DNA of 24,722 bases from a virus. The translations under genes and the position numbers were made by a program. This document shows, piece after piece, positions 1 through 10,471 of the stretch; position 1 is the first letter of the stretch, and each line of letters starts with the position of its first letter. The stretch lies in the UHGV virus genome UHGV-0103877; one strand, given 5' to 3'. The notes below the pieces were generated by a model. The model saw nothing but the letters and a program-made list of their open reading frames with translations, did no database searches and was not told the DNA's origin.

Positions 1-49
1 ACGGCTTTTCTGTGCGAACAGGCTCATCTTTCTAAAAGGTAAAGACGCA

Positions 50-592
50 ATGAACTACCCAACCGTTGTTAACGATATAGATTTCAGAGACCTAATTTTT
101 GTAGCAAACAACGATCCGGTTACAGATTCTTTTATGGTGGCAAAAGCATTTGGAAAGCTGCCGAAGAACGTGGTTCGTGACATTGAACGAACCATAGAAG
201 CTTGCCCTCCTGAGTTTGATACAAAGCTCAACTTTGAGCTTTGCTATAAAAACAATGAGTTACAGAATGGTAAGCCGCAAAAATTCTACCGTCTCCGCAA
301 GGATGGGTTGATGCTTTTGGTTATGTCCTACACCAAAAAAGAAGCAATGCGTATCAAAATTGCTTACATCAACGCATTTAACTGGATGTACGCCATGCTT
401 CAGGTTGGTCATCGTCAATTTGAAGAAGAGAGAAATGCCGTAATGCTGGAGTACATGAAAGAGAAGGATGTTGCCAGCATGTCAGGGCGCCTGCTTAATC
501 GCTGGGGAAAAATTAAGAAGCCTCAGCTACTGGCGAGAATTGAACGCCTTGAACAGCACGGGCAAACCGTAATCCCCGGACTCACTAATTAA
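50..592 (+). CDS. Rha-family phage regulatory protein (putative)
   Basis: 180-aa ORF; N-terminal segment DSFMVAKAFGKLPKNVVRDIERTI resembles the Rha/phage regulatory domain signature; AAAGG-type RBS upstream of ATG at 50; sits just upstream of the terminase genes. Confidence 0.55.
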   Translation: MNYPTVVNDIDFRDLIFVANNDPVTDSFMVAKAFGKLPKNVVRDIERTIEACPPEFDTKLNFELCYKNNELQNGKPQKFYRLRKDGLMLLVMSYTKKEAMRIKIAYINAFNWMYAMLQVGHRQFEEERNAVMLEYMKEKDVASMSGRLLNRWGKIKKPQLLARIERLEQHGQTVIPGLTN

Positions 593-887
593 CGGCAGTA
601 CAGCGAAACAACCCAAGCCAGTAAGTGGGGAAATAACACTGGCAGCCACTGAAAGATGAACCTCCTGCATTATGGCAAAAAAGATTCTTTGTGGTGGCGG
701 ACTGATGGAAAGACATCGGTTATTGCAGAGACCATTCAATGAGTGGTCTCGACAATGGCTTATACCCTACACGGGATAACTTAACTGATATCCCCACAAG
801 CGGATAAAGAGGTCCCTCAATGTCAGGAATCTACTTTTAGTCCTAGTAATGATGAACTAGATATCAGTTGAGTCGCTTGGGTGGTGA

Positions 888-1124
888 TTACGATTCTGCT
901 TCAAACTCAGAAATTAGTTGATGAACACGTTCAGTATATGATGGGTTAGAACCTAGAAACTCTTCCACTGTCTGAATGGTTTCATCACCCTCCCATTCAA
1001 AATGGCTCACAGGCGACGAATGACCAACCCTGACTTGGTAGGAGCCATTGTCCAATTTGTCCAGGAATATATAAGTTTCATTATCATGACCTGTATTTCG
1101 GTAAAAAATTTGCTTTGAGTTCAT
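888..1124 (-). CDS. Hypothetical small acidic protein (78 aa), antisense to the late operon
   Basis: Minus-strand ORF in an otherwise + strand block; GAGGG RBS about 9 nt upstream of its ATG; its start is only 24 bp from the divergent TerS start. No recognisable domain. Confidence 0.3.
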   Translation of the reverse strand: MNSKQIFYRNTGHDNETYIFLDKLDNGSYQVRVGHSSPVSHFEWEGDETIQTVEEFLGSNPSYTERVHQLISEFEAES

Positions 1125-1148
1125 TAAAGAAACCCTCTAGAGAAAACT

Positions 1149-1736
1149 ATGGCACTCACCGACAAGCAAGAAATGTTCTGTCGCGAGTACCTCATCGATT
1201 TAAACGCCACGCAAGCGGCTATTCGGGCGGGGTACAGCGCAAAGACAGCTAACCGTACCGCATCCGAAAACCTGTCAAAACCTGACATCAAGTTAAGAAT
1301 CGCCGAACTGAAAGCGCAACGCAATGATCTTGTTGGTATTAATGCAGAATATGTACTTAATCGCCTTATTGAAATCGACCAGATGGATGTGCTTGACATT
1401 CTCCTGCAAAACGGTGAGCTAAAACCCATTAAAGACTGGCCTAAGGTATGGCGCACAACGTTATCGGGAATGGATGTCGTGGAGATGGTATCCGCAGATA
1501 GCGCCGCACTTCTGAAGAAAATCAAATGGCCTGATAAGGTTAAAAACCTTGAGTTGCTTGGGCGCCATGTTTCTGTTCAGGCGTTTAAAGACAACGTCAA
1601 AAATGAAGTGACTGGTGCTGATGGCGGTCCTGTTCGTTATGCCGATATGTCAGAAGAGTTACTTGAAGAGAAACTGAAGGAGCTTGGTAATGGCAGGCGC
1701 TCCAATCAGCTTGAATCGAAACGCTCAGATTTATGA
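1149..1736 (+). CDS. terS: Terminase small subunit
   Basis: N-terminus MALTDKQEMFCREYLIDLNATQAAIRAGYS is the characteristic small-terminase motif; immediately precedes and overlaps the large subunit. Confidence 0.8.
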   Translation: MALTDKQEMFCREYLIDLNATQAAIRAGYSAKTANRTASENLSKPDIKLRIAELKAQRNDLVGINAEYVLNRLIEIDQMDVLDILLQNGELKPIKDWPKVWRTTLSGMDVVEMVSADSAALLKKIKWPDKVKNLELLGRHVSVQAFKDNVKNEVTGADGGPVRYADMSEELLEEKLKELGNGRRSNQLESKRSDL

Positions 1737-3210
1737 GTTGCACAAAGAGCTAGCTATCCGCTCAGCAAGAAAAAACCTTCTCGATTTCACTTTGTACACT
1801 AACCCCCAATATGAAACAGGCTGGTTTAACGAGCTGCTTTGCGCTGAGCTGGATTACTTTCTGGATGAAGTTAAAGCCGGAAACATGCCCAGGCTAATGG
1901 TGTTTTCCCCTCCGCGCTCAGGAAAGAGTGAGTTGTGCTCTCGCCGCTTCCCAGCGTATGTGTTAGGGCAGCACCCATCATGGAACATTATCTCGTGCTC
2001 ATATTCTTCTGACCTGTCAGACCGAATGAGCCGTGACGTTAAACGCATTATCACCTCTGACAAGTACGCTGATGTTTTCCCTGATGTAAAAATTCCTTCC
2101 GGTCGTAGTCTGGCTGGCGGTATCAACAAAACCGAGCTATGGGAACCCGTTGATGCCAAAGGCGAACTACACGGCGGCTCATATCGTTCTGCTGGCGTTA
2201 ACGGTGGTATCACCGGGCAGGGTATGAATATTGGGGTTATTGATGACCCCGCGAAAGATTACAAAACCGCATCGTCTCCAACTTACCAGGAAGCGGTGAT
2301 GGACTGGTATGACACGACATTCTTCACGCGTGTTGACCCGAAGATAAACGGAATTGTCATCATCCTGACGCGCTGGCATCAAAACGATCTCGCCGGACAG
2401 TTATTAAAACTAGCTGAAGAGGGCGGGGAACGCTGGCGCGTAGTTAGCTTCCCAATGGAGGCTGAAAAGGAAGAGATTCATGAACTCAACGGTAATGTGT
2501 ATCGACTGCGCAATCCCGGTGAAATTCTGTTTCCTGAGCGCATGCCGAGAGAGTTCGTAGAGAAGTGCAAACAGCGCGGTTCTCTTGTATGGAATGCTCT
2601 TTATCAGCAACGACCAACCGCCAAAGGCGGGGGGCTTATTAAGTCTGAATGGTTTGGTGAATATTCGGCACTCCCTCCCATGCAATGGCGTGCCGTCTAT
2701 GGAGACACCGCACAGAAAACAAAAGAGGTCAACGACTTCTCAGTATTCGAGCACTGGGGGCTTGGTACTGACGGGTACATCTATCTGATCGATATGATTC
2801 GCGGTAAATGGGAGGCCGATGAATTACAACGCCGTGCTGTTGCATTCTGGGAAAAGTGCAAAACTCTGAAGAATGGGCCGCTTCGCCACATGGCGATAGA
2901 GGACAAGTCATCTGGCACAGGCCTGATACAGAACATCCGTAAAAAAGCGATATGCCCCATCAAAGCAATTCAGCGCGATAAGGATAAGTACACGCGACTG
3001 ATGGACGTACAGGGTTATATCGAATCCGGTTACATCAAGTTGCCAAGCAGCGCACCATTCATCAACGACTTCCTCGTTGAGATGGAAGCCATTAATCCTG
3101 ATTTCAATACGCACGACGACCAGCTTGATCCGATGATGGATGCCATCGATGAGATGAAAAATGGCAATGGTCCGTTACGTATATCTGAAGACCTTTTGAG
3201 GCTCGCATAG
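1690..3210 (+). CDS. terL: Terminase large subunit
   Basis: About 506 aa; Walker A-like [14 protein letters not shown] at 1690 preceded by GAAGGAG RBS (the ORF track's start at 1684 is a TTG); overlaps terS 3' end by 47 nt. Confidence 0.85.
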   Translation: MAGAPISLNRNAQIYELHKELAIRSARKNLLDFTLYTNPQYETGWFNELLCAELDYFLDEVKAGNMPRLMVFSPPRSGKSELCSRRFPAYVLGQHPSWNIISCSYSSDLSDRMSRDVKRIITSDKYADVFPDVKIPSGRSLAGGINKTELWEPVDAKGELHGGSYRSAGVNGGITGQGMNIGVIDDPAKDYKTASSPTYQEAVMDWYDTTFFTRVDPKINGIVIILTRWHQNDLAGQLLKLAEEGGERWRVVSFPMEAEKEEIHELNGNVYRLRNPGEILFPERMPREFVEKCKQRGSLVWNALYQQRPTAKGGGLIKSEWFGEYSALPPMQWRAVYGDTAQKTKEVNDFSVFEHWGLGTDGYIYLIDMIRGKWEADELQRRAVAFWEKCKTLKNGPLRHMAIEDKSSGTGLIQNIRKKAICPIKAIQRDKDKYTRLMDVQGYIESGYIKLPSSAPFINDFLVEMEAINPDFNTHDDQLDPMMDAIDEMKNGNGPLRISEDLLRLA

Positions 3211-4745
3211 TGTTTAATTTTTTGAGAAAGAAAAAATCTGAGCCTCAGAAAGAAGAGGCGAAACAGCCAATGTCTCTGGCGAATGTTCTTGCGATTATTA
3301 ACGAACAGGAGCGAATTAAAAATGAAGGCGAGGCATTGCGTAGAATTGAGAGATACGTACCCCCGCCAGGCGTTATTCCTGAACATATTGGGGAGTCAGC
3401 TCTGGCGATGGACTCCACGCCGTACAGTTACCTTAACTCAGCAAACATCACCGCATATGGCTACGGTGGATTTCCTGGCTACCCATATCTGTCTCAACTT
3501 GCTCAGTTGCCGGAGTATCGCAAGATTACTGGCACGATAGCAGAAGAGATGACGCGAAAATGGATTGAGCTGAAGCATGTAGGTAAAGACGATGGTGACG
3601 ACAAGGCCGATAAGATTCGCCAGCTTGACGACGCATTAAAGCGTTTCAGAGTGCGAGAGAAGTTTCGCGAGGCGGCGGAACATGACGGCTACTTCGGACG
3701 CGGACAGATTTATATCGACGTGAAGACGCCAAGCGGTAACTCAGCCTGGCTGGTTCCCGACGAACTGGATAAGAAGCTCTATATCAGTCCGCGCAAGATT
3801 ACCAAAGGAAGCCTGAATGGTTTCCGCGTTATCGAAGCCATGTGGACTTACCCGGGCGTGTATAACGCTGACAATCCTCTAAGCCCTGACTTCTTCAATC
3901 CATCTGAATGGTATGTCATGGGGCGCACGGTTCACGCCAGTCGCATGTTGACAATGATTTCTCGCCAGGTGCCAGACATTCTCAAAGCGGCGTACAACTT
4001 CGGCGGCTTGTCGCTGAGTCAGATGGCAGAGCCATATGTGCAAAACTGGCTGAGAACACGTGACAGCGTTAGCGATCTGGTTCATTCGTTTGTGGTCCAC
4101 GGGCTGAAGACGAACATGCAGAATGCCTTGTCTGGAATTGCAGACCCAAACCTGTTTATGCGTGCCGAGCTCTTCAATAAGGTTCGCGACAATCGCGGAA
4201 TGTTCCTTATTGATAAGGATGGAGAAGAATTCTTCCAGTTTGTGACAAGTCTGTCCGGAGTTGATGCTCTTCAGGCGCAAGCGCAGGAACAAATGGCATC
4301 GGTATCAAGCATTCCTCTGGTTAAGCTCCTTGGCATCACTCCTAACGGGCTAAACGCTTCATCTGATGGCGAAATCCGCGTCTTCTATGACTCAATACAC
4401 GCCATGCAGGAGAATCTGTTCAGGGTGCCGCTGAAAACAGTGCTGGATGTTATCCAGTTGAATGAATTTGGCGAGATTGACCCTGACATTGATTTTGAAT
4501 TCCTGCCGCTGTACGAGCTTACAGAAGCAGAGAAAGCCGAGATCATGAAACATCAGTCTGAGGCTGATAAGAACTATGCCGAAGCTGGCGTGTTCGACCT
4601 TGATGCAATAAGAAGCATGCGCCAGTCGGATAAGGCCAGCCCATACCACATGATGGAATCTGAATATGACGAAGAAGAGCACGAAAACGAGTCCGTCGAA
4701 GAAGGATTCGAAGACCCGGAAAACCCTTCGTCCAGTCAGAGCTAA
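3210..4745 (+). CDS. Portal protein (DUF1073-like)
   Basis: 511-aa ORF directly after terL with a GTG start overlapping the terL stop (TAGTG); size, position and acidic C-terminus fit a portal. An alternative ATG start lies at 3270. Confidence 0.7.
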   Translation: MFNFLRKKKSEPQKEEAKQPMSLANVLAIINEQERIKNEGEALRRIERYVPPPGVIPEHIGESALAMDSTPYSYLNSANITAYGYGGFPGYPYLSQLAQLPEYRKITGTIAEEMTRKWIELKHVGKDDGDDKADKIRQLDDALKRFRVREKFREAAEHDGYFGRGQIYIDVKTPSGNSAWLVPDELDKKLYISPRKITKGSLNGFRVIEAMWTYPGVYNADNPLSPDFFNPSEWYVMGRTVHASRMLTMISRQVPDILKAAYNFGGLSLSQMAEPYVQNWLRTRDSVSDLVHSFVVHGLKTNMQNALSGIADPNLFMRAELFNKVRDNRGMFLIDKDGEEFFQFVTSLSGVDALQAQAQEQMASVSSIPLVKLLGITPNGLNASSDGEIRVFYDSIHAMQENLFRVPLKTVLDVIQLNEFGEIDPDIDFEFLPLYELTEAEKAEIMKHQSEADKNYAEAGVFDLDAIRSMRQSDKASPYHMMESEYDEEEHENESVEEGFEDPENPSSSQS

Positions 4746-5484
4746 TGCCGGAGTTCATGAGTGGTATCGCTCTGAGCTTCTCAAACTGGTTAGGGAGATG
4801 GATAAGTCATACCGATACTGGCTTGAGGGCGCATACAAAAACAACATGGCGATGGATTCCAGTCCTGCGAATGAGTTAAGGCGCAGATTATCCAGACTAG
4901 GCAAGCAGTGGGAGCATAAATTCAATGAACTGGCTAAGAAACTGGCTGATCGCTTCGTTGATAAGACACTGCGCAACACCGACGTTTCGTTACACTCAGC
5001 GTTAAAGGCTGGCGGATTTACCGTTAAGTTCACAATGAATGACGAGCTTAAGAACGTGATGCAGGCTGTCGTTAACGAGAACGTCAACCTGATTAAATCC
5101 ATACCTGAACACTATCACACACAGGTTGAGACGATAGTCATGCAGTCTGTCAGCCGTGGTCGTGACCTTGGCTATCTCACTGATGAACTGGTTAAGCGAT
5201 ATGGCATTACACGCAGACGCGCTGAGACGATCGCACGCGATCAGAACAACAAAGCTACAGCGGTAATTCAGTCTGAACGGCAGAAGAAGTTAGGCATCAC
5301 CAAAGGAATCTGGCGTCACTCACACGCCGGGAAGCAGCCAAGGCCATCCCATGTGAAAGCTGACGGTAAAGAGTTCGACCTCGATAAAGGGCTGTATCTT
5401 GATGGTGAATGGGTGCTGCCGGGAGAGGCTATCAACTGCCGTTGTACGTGGTCTCCTGTTATCCCTGGGATAGATAGAAAATGA
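4666..5484 (+). CDS. Head morphogenesis protein (Mu F / SPP1 gp7-like)
   Basis: 272-aa ORF after the portal; basic N-terminus; position typical of the MuF-like minor head protein. The start is uncertain (ATG 4666 overlaps the portal by 80 nt; an internal ATG at 4798 has poor SD spacing). Confidence 0.6.
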   Translation: MTKKSTKTSPSKKDSKTRKTLRPVRANAGVHEWYRSELLKLVREMDKSYRYWLEGAYKNNMAMDSSPANELRRRLSRLGKQWEHKFNELAKKLADRFVDKTLRNTDVSLHSALKAGGFTVKFTMNDELKNVMQAVVNENVNLIKSIPEHYHTQVETIVMQSVSRGRDLGYLTDELVKRYGITRRRAETIARDQNNKATAVIQSERQKKLGITKGIWRHSHAGKQPRPSHVKADGKEFDLDKGLYLDGEWVLPGEAINCRCTWSPVIPGIDRK

Positions 5485-5573
5485 TTGAGGTTTTATGGTC
5501 TCTGGGCTTAGTGTTGATTTTTGGTTGTTTAATGATTGCACTACTGAAAATAGCTATGCCCAAGAGGAAATAA
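5481..5573 (+). CDS. Putative 30-aa hydrophobic peptide ([30 protein letters not shown])
   Basis: ATGA overlap with the stop of the upstream gene; one predicted transmembrane helix with a basic C-terminal tail; too short for the supplied ORF track; followed by a hairpin and T-run. Confidence 0.25.
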   Translation: MIEVLWSLGLVLIFGCLMIALLKIAMPKRK

Positions 5574-5574
5574 T

Positions 5575-5598
5575 GGCCGCTACTGCGGCTTTTTTATT
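5575..5598 (+). terminator. Weak intrinsic terminator or attenuator
   Basis: GGCCGC-TACT-GCGGC stem-loop (5-6 bp stem) followed by TTTTTTATT, between the small peptide ORF and the scaffold gene. Confidence 0.3.
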
Positions 5599-5618
5599 GC
5601 CTGCCGAAAGGTAAAAGC

Positions 5619-6845
5619 ATGCCATTACGCAAAGTTAAAGGCGACTGGCAATGGGGATATCACGGATTGGCATTCGACAAGGCAACGGTGCGCTCCTTTG
5701 ATAAGGATGGGCGTTTGCATATCGAAGTGACGCCAATCAGTAAGGCTAACGTTTGCCCTTATTATGGACGTGAAATCCCTAATTACAGATCGCTAGGTTT
5801 ACAGCCTGAAAAGTTTTACTACCTGCTTCGTGACCCGAAAGAGTTAGCCAAAGCAGCATCTACATTCAACAACATCCCGCTCCTTAACGAACACATTCCG
5901 GTTACTGCTGCAGACCCTCAGAAGATGGCTGTGGTTGGTTCTACTGGTACTGATGCTGAGTTTGACGGGACTTATCTCAAGAACTCGCTTGTCGTATGGG
6001 ACGCAGATTCTATCGCTGGAATCGAGACAGACGAGAAGAAAGAACTTTCGTCGGCCTACAGATATGTAGCTGACATGACCCCCGGCGTGCATGAAGGCCA
6101 GCCATACGATGGTGTAATGCGCGATATCGTCGGGAACCACGTTGCTCTCGTAACAGAGGGAAGAGCCGGATCCGACGTTGTTGTCGGGGATTCAATACCA
6201 ACAGGAATGAAATCAATGTCAGAACTTACTAAAAAGTTGATGGCAGTTATCACGCCGATGCTGGCAAGTGATGAGAAGCCAGAAGAAGTGGAAAAGAAAG
6301 TGCAAAAGGTTGTTGAAGACGAAGCCACTCAGGCTGAGAGAGATAATGAGTCAGAAGCAGAGCGTCTGAAACGTGAAGAGGATGAACTAAAAGAGCGTGA
6401 AGAACGTGAGCGAAAGGATCGCGATCGTGACCGCAAAGAAGCGGAAGACGAAGATGATGACGGCAAGGATAAAAAGACTGCCGAGGATGAAGACGATGAT
6501 GAGAATAAAGCAGCTATGGATGCCGCATTGATTCGAAAAGCTGAAGAGAATGTGATGGGGCGTATCCGTCAAGCCAATGAGGCTCGAGAATGTGTTCGTG
6601 CTTTGGTTGGTGATGTGAGTCTGGTCGCTATGGATTCCGCAGAGTCTATTTATCGCTTTGCTCTTGATTCAATCGGTGCCGAACATAAAGGCGTTCATCC
6701 TTCAGCACTTAAATCGATGGTTGAATTTGCTATCAGCCAGAAAGCGGTAGTTCGCAAACCATCTCATGGTATGGGGATGGATTCTGCTGCAACCAATTCT
6801 TTCGCCAAGGCATTTCCTGGCGCAACTAAACTGAAACGGAGCTAA
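5619..6845 (+). CDS. Head scaffolding / prohead maturation protein (DUF2213-like)
   Basis: 408 aa; GAAAGG RBS; contains a long Glu/Asp/Lys/Arg-rich low-complexity coiled-coil segment ([39 protein letters not shown]) typical of scaffolds; lies between portal/MuF and capsid genes. Confidence 0.55.
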   Translation: MPLRKVKGDWQWGYHGLAFDKATVRSFDKDGRLHIEVTPISKANVCPYYGREIPNYRSLGLQPEKFYYLLRDPKELAKAASTFNNIPLLNEHIPVTAADPQKMAVVGSTGTDAEFDGTYLKNSLVVWDADSIAGIETDEKKELSSAYRYVADMTPGVHEGQPYDGVMRDIVGNHVALVTEGRAGSDVVVGDSIPTGMKSMSELTKKLMAVITPMLASDEKPEEVEKKVQKVVEDEATQAERDNESEAERLKREEDELKEREERERKDRDRDRKEAEDEDDDGKDKKTAEDEDDDENKAAMDAALIRKAEENVMGRIRQANEARECVRALVGDVSLVAMDSAESIYRFALDSIGAEHKGVHPSALKSMVEFAISQKAVVRKPSHGMGMDSAATNSFAKAFPGATKLKRS

Positions 6846-6848
6846 GAA

Positions 6849-7328
6849 ATGAGTGGCTTTCAAAGTGTAATTAATCAGCAACAGGCGCCTGGAGTTGAAG
6901 GGGATTTCGCTTCGGCTAACCCTAAAGCAAGTCTTCTTGCAGGTGAGGGCGCTCTTGTTGCCGGTGCAAATGGGGTTGTTGTTGGTCGCTTTGCATGGGT
7001 AAGCAATGGTGTTGTCAATAACACTGGAACCGGTGCTCCTGCCGGTTTCGTTCATCGGGAAGGGCAGGCGTCTGTCACCACATGGCTTGGTGAATCATCT
7101 ATGACTATTCAGCCTGGAGTTCAGATGACATTGATGACTGCTGGCGACTACTGGGTGAAAACTGCCGGTGCGGCAACCGTAGGGCAGAAGATTTTCGCCA
7201 AACTGTCAGATGGAACCATTACCGCTGGCGATGCCGGGGCGTCAATCTCGGATTACGTTGAAACAAAATTTGTTGTTGGCAGTGCTGGCGAGGCTGGCGA
7301 ATTGATTCAGATGGGCACCTGGAGCTAA
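6849..7328 (+). CDS. Head structural / decoration protein (putative)
   Basis: 159 aa, Gly/Ala/Val-rich, immediately upstream of the major capsid gene. Confidence 0.4.
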   Translation: MSGFQSVINQQQAPGVEGDFASANPKASLLAGEGALVAGANGVVVGRFAWVSNGVVNNTGTGAPAGFVHREGQASVTTWLGESSMTIQPGVQMTLMTAGDYWVKTAGAATVGQKIFAKLSDGTITAGDAGASISDYVETKFVVGSAGEAGELIQMGTWS

Positions 7329-7331
7329 TAC

Positions 7332-8372
7332 ATGAATAACGCAGAATTTTTACAACATAAAGCTATGGCTGAGCGAGATTACGGTGTAATCCTTCCGGAA
7401 GCCAAAGCCTATCTGACGGATGCTGTTGCTAATAGCTATTCCTATGCAATGGACTCTCAGCCTTCACTGGTAACAACCAGCAACTCTGGCATTCCATGGT
7501 ACTTCACTAATTACGTTGACCCGGAACTGATTCGCATCCTTGTCACTCCGATGAAAGCGGTGGAAATTCTGGGGGAAACGAAGAAGGGAGACTGGACCAC
7601 CATGACCGCACAATTCCCGGTTGTGGAATCAACGGGTCAGGTTTCCAGTTATGGTGACTACAACAATAATGGGCAGGTAAATGCTAACGTCAACTGGGTT
7701 GCTCGTGAGTCCTATCTGTACCAGACCATTACTCAGTGGGGTGAGCTGGAACTTGACCGTTACGGTGAAGGCCGCATTGCATGGGCTCAACAACTGAATA
7801 CTGCTTCTGCGCTGACCCTGAATAAGTTTCAGAACAAGTCCTACTTCTTCGGCGTTGCTGGCCTGAAGAACTACGGCATTCTGAATGACCCTAACCTTCC
7901 GGCATCAATCACCCCGGGTGCAACTGGTGCGAGCGGCGGAACCACCTGGGCAACCAAAGACGGTCAGGCGGTGTATGACGATATCCAGGCGCTTTACATG
8001 CAGTTAGTGAAGCAGACCAAGGGGTACGTTGAGCGAGACAGCAAGATGACGCTGGCGATGAGTCCAGAGTCAGAAGCAAATCTGACCAAGACCAACATGT
8101 ACAACGTCAACGTGTCTGATCAGCTGAAGAAAAACTTCCCGAACCTGCGCGTTGTTACTGCTGTCGAGTACAAAACCGAATCCGGCGAACTGGTTCAGTT
8201 GATCGCCGACGATTTGGATGGTCAGGACACCGGCTACTGCGCATTTACCGAAAAAATGCGTGCGCATCCGGTTGTTGTTGACCTGTCCGCGTACAAACAA
8301 AAGAAAACCGGTGGCACCTGGGGCGCAATCATTCGCCATCCGCTGGCATTTGCAAGCATGTTGGGAGTTTAA
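7332..8372 (+). CDS. Major capsid protein (DUF2184-like)
   Basis: 346 aa, positioned after scaffold and decoration genes; size and composition fit a major capsid protein. Confidence 0.65.
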   Translation: MNNAEFLQHKAMAERDYGVILPEAKAYLTDAVANSYSYAMDSQPSLVTTSNSGIPWYFTNYVDPELIRILVTPMKAVEILGETKKGDWTTMTAQFPVVESTGQVSSYGDYNNNGQVNANVNWVARESYLYQTITQWGELELDRYGEGRIAWAQQLNTASALTLNKFQNKSYFFGVAGLKNYGILNDPNLPASITPGATGASGGTTWATKDGQAVYDDIQALYMQLVKQTKGYVERDSKMTLAMSPESEANLTKTNMYNVNVSDQLKKNFPNLRVVTAVEYKTESGELVQLIADDLDGQDTGYCAFTEKMRAHPVVVDLSAYKQKKTGGTWGAIIRHPLAFASMLGV

Positions 8373-8375
8373 TTC

Positions 8376-8723
8376 ATGGCAGAAGTGGTAAGCGTTGGCT
8401 GCAAATTGCCAAATGGCCTTCAGGTAACTCTGGATGGAAAAACGGTAATTCTTAACGGGGCGGCAACAACTGCCCTCCGTGGTCTTGATGGTGCAATTCC
8501 TGAGGGGGCTTTCGGAGTTACCATGGTCGAGAAAGACTTCATGGATAAGTTCATCGAGACCTATAAGGATGCCGCGTATATTCAGAACAATGCAATCTTC
8601 ATTCAGAAAGATATTCGCAGTCTGAATGCGCAGGGTAAAGATCTGAAAGAATCAAAAACTGGCCTCGAAGGTCTTGACCCGGAAAATCCGGCTCCGGGCG
8701 TAAAAAAGGCTGACGAAAAATAG
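8376..8723 (+). CDS. Hypothetical head-associated protein
   Basis: 115-aa ORF tightly packed after the capsid gene. Confidence 0.4.
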   Translation: MAEVVSVGCKLPNGLQVTLDGKTVILNGAATTALRGLDGAIPEGAFGVTMVEKDFMDKFIETYKDAAYIQNNAIFIQKDIRSLNAQGKDLKESKTGLEGLDPENPAPGVKKADEK

Positions 8724-8735
8724 CGGGAGCAGCAA

Positions 8736-9167
8736 ATGGGCGTCGTAATATTTGACCCCTCTGCATTTAAGCTACGCTATCCTGAATTCTCATCTGTCGA
8801 CGACGCACTTCTTCAGCAGTATTTCACGCAAGCAACCATTTATCTCGATAACACAGACTCAAGTCGTGTGTCGGATTTGGCTGTACGCTCAATGCTGCTG
8901 AATATGCTGGTTGCCCATATCGCCTGTTTGTATTCAGGAGCGAATGGGCAGTCTCCATCCGGATTGGTTGGAAGAATCGACAGTGCTTCAGAGGGTTCGG
9001 TTAGCGTTCATGCCGATATGCCAGGGGGAACAGCAAATTCAGCATGGTACATGCAAACAAAGTACGGGGCTGATTACTGGAATGCTACGGCGCCGTTTCG
9101 CACCTTCCAGTATATAAGCGGGCATTCTCCATCAAATTACCCGTATGGGTATTACCGGAGGTACTGA
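8736..9167 (+). CDS. Head-tail connector / adaptor protein (DUF4054-like)
   Basis: 143 aa; position and N-terminal pattern ([23 protein letters not shown]) resemble head-to-tail adaptor proteins. Confidence 0.45.
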   Translation: MGVVIFDPSAFKLRYPEFSSVDDALLQQYFTQATIYLDNTDSSRVSDLAVRSMLLNMLVAHIACLYSGANGQSPSGLVGRIDSASEGSVSVHADMPGGTANSAWYMQTKYGADYWNATAPFRTFQYISGHSPSNYPYGYYRRY

Positions 9168-9613
9168 TGGATAAGGTGATGGATGCGCTGGATGAGGTTG
9201 AAAAGCAATTTTCCAACATTCAGCTAAAGGTTGGCTTCCTTGAGGGGGCAACTTACGGCGGTGTAATCCCGGTTCCCATGGTTGCCGCTACCAACGAGTT
9301 TGGGAATCCGGCTCATAATCAGCCTCCTCGACCTTTTTTTAGAAATGCAATCGCAGAGCATGAAGAAGAATGGAAAGAGCAAACAGCACTCCTGATTGAA
9401 CGCGGCGATGATATTGGAGAGATATTTTCAATACTTGGCACCACTATTGTTAATGATATCAAAGAGTCCATAAGGGCATTTGAAAGCCCACCGCTATCTC
9501 CGATAACAATTGCCCGTAAGGGGTTCGATAAGCCGCTAATTGATACAGGCGACATGCAAAAAAGCGTCAGCTATGAGGTGAGCGAAATTGAATCTTCGAC
9601 AGATAGCCAATAA
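9167..9613 (+). CDS. Virion morphogenesis / head closure protein (HK97 gp10-like)
   Basis: 148 aa; C-terminal motif PLSPITIARKGFDKPLIDTGDM resembles the HK97 gp10 / tail completion family; ATGA-type coupling to the upstream gene. Confidence 0.4.
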   Translation: MDKVMDALDEVEKQFSNIQLKVGFLEGATYGGVIPVPMVAATNEFGNPAHNQPPRPFFRNAIAEHEEEWKEQTALLIERGDDIGEIFSILGTTIVNDIKESIRAFESPPLSPITIARKGFDKPLIDTGDMQKSVSYEVSEIESSTDSQ

Positions 9614-9959
9614 CGCGATCACAAGCATTAACCCGAACATCCCGGCAATCCTGAAAAAGTATGCAGGTGAAACTATCGGCCCCGGTCGCAAGCCGATTCC
9701 GTCTTATCTCCCTGACCAGCACGTTACCATTCAACTACAGCCAATCAGTCGCGGCGACATGCAACACGTCGATGGACTGAATATTCAGGGGCTGGCAAAA
9801 GTGATTTACGTCAATGGTAATTACTTCAGTGTTCAGCGAGAACTGGAGCAGGGCGGAGATATCTTCGTGATTAACGGGGAGCAATGGCTTGTTGTTGAGC
9901 CAATAGAGTTGTGGGATTCATGGTGCCGGCTGATTGCTGTATTGCAGGTAAGCCCATGA
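9588..9959 (+). CDS. Neck / tail completion protein (putative)
   Basis: 123 aa; TTG start with GAGGTGA RBS, overlapping the upstream gene by 26 nt. Confidence 0.35.
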   Translation: MNLRQIANNAITSINPNIPAILKKYAGETIGPGRKPIPSYLPDQHVTIQLQPISRGDMQHVDGLNIQGLAKVIYVNGNYFSVQRELEQGGDIFVINGEQWLVVEPIELWDSWCRLIAVLQVSP

Positions 9960-10471
9960 ATGATTTCACTGTCGATAATATTATCGATGTACTTGCTGGC
10001 TACATAGAACCTATCGCTGGTAAATGCCTGCAGGCTCAGGCTAACCGTGTACCAATTCCCAAAGATCAGTTCTGTATCCTGACCCCTTTGCGATTCACCA
10101 GACTATCCACTACGAGAGATCTTAAACAAGATACCGGCTCTCCGGACACAAGCACCATGGGATATACGGAAGTTCGCCAGGCTGATATTCAGGTAGATAT
10201 CTATGGTCAGGGGGCAGGGGATAGATCTATTGCACTGGAAACAACATTCACCAGTGGATATGGCTACGACATCATCAAGGCTATTGATGCACGGCTTGCG
10301 CCGCTTTACTCATCACCCGCTATTCAGGCACCAATGATCGACTCTGAAAGCCAGTGGCAAGAGCGCTACACAATTACGCTATCCCTGCAAGCGCACATCA
10401 CCGTGTCGTTCCAGCAGGACTATTTCGACAAAGCAGAAATTTCAACTGAACAGGTGGATAACCGCCCATGA
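9956..10471 (+). CDS. Neck / tail terminator protein (putative)
   Basis: Probable start at ATG 9956 (ATGA overlap with the upstream stop) rather than the ORF-track start at 9911; about 171 aa. Confidence 0.4.
   Translation: MNDFTVDNIIDVLAGYIEPIAGKCLQAQANRVPIPKDQFCILTPLRFTRLSTTRDLKQDTGSPDTSTMGYTEVRQADIQVDIYGQGAGDRSIALETTFTSGYGYDIIKAIDARLAPLYSSPAIQAPMIDSESQWQERYTITLSLQAHITVSFQQDYFDKAEISTEQVDNRP

Noticed and set aside
527..739. 70-aa minus-strand ORF overlapping the 3' end of the Rha-like gene
   Set aside because: Overlaps the Rha-like coding sequence by 66 nt and has no convincing RBS; low-complexity Pro-rich translation.
1854..2685. Minus-strand ORFs (119, 67 and 91 aa) inside the terminase large subunit gene
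   Set aside because: Fully embedded antisense to a well-supported coding region, with no RBS or plausible function; treated as six-frame noise.
3879..4758. Minus-strand ORFs of 137, 96 and 71 aa antisense to the portal gene
   Set aside because: Embedded in the portal coding sequence; no independent signals.
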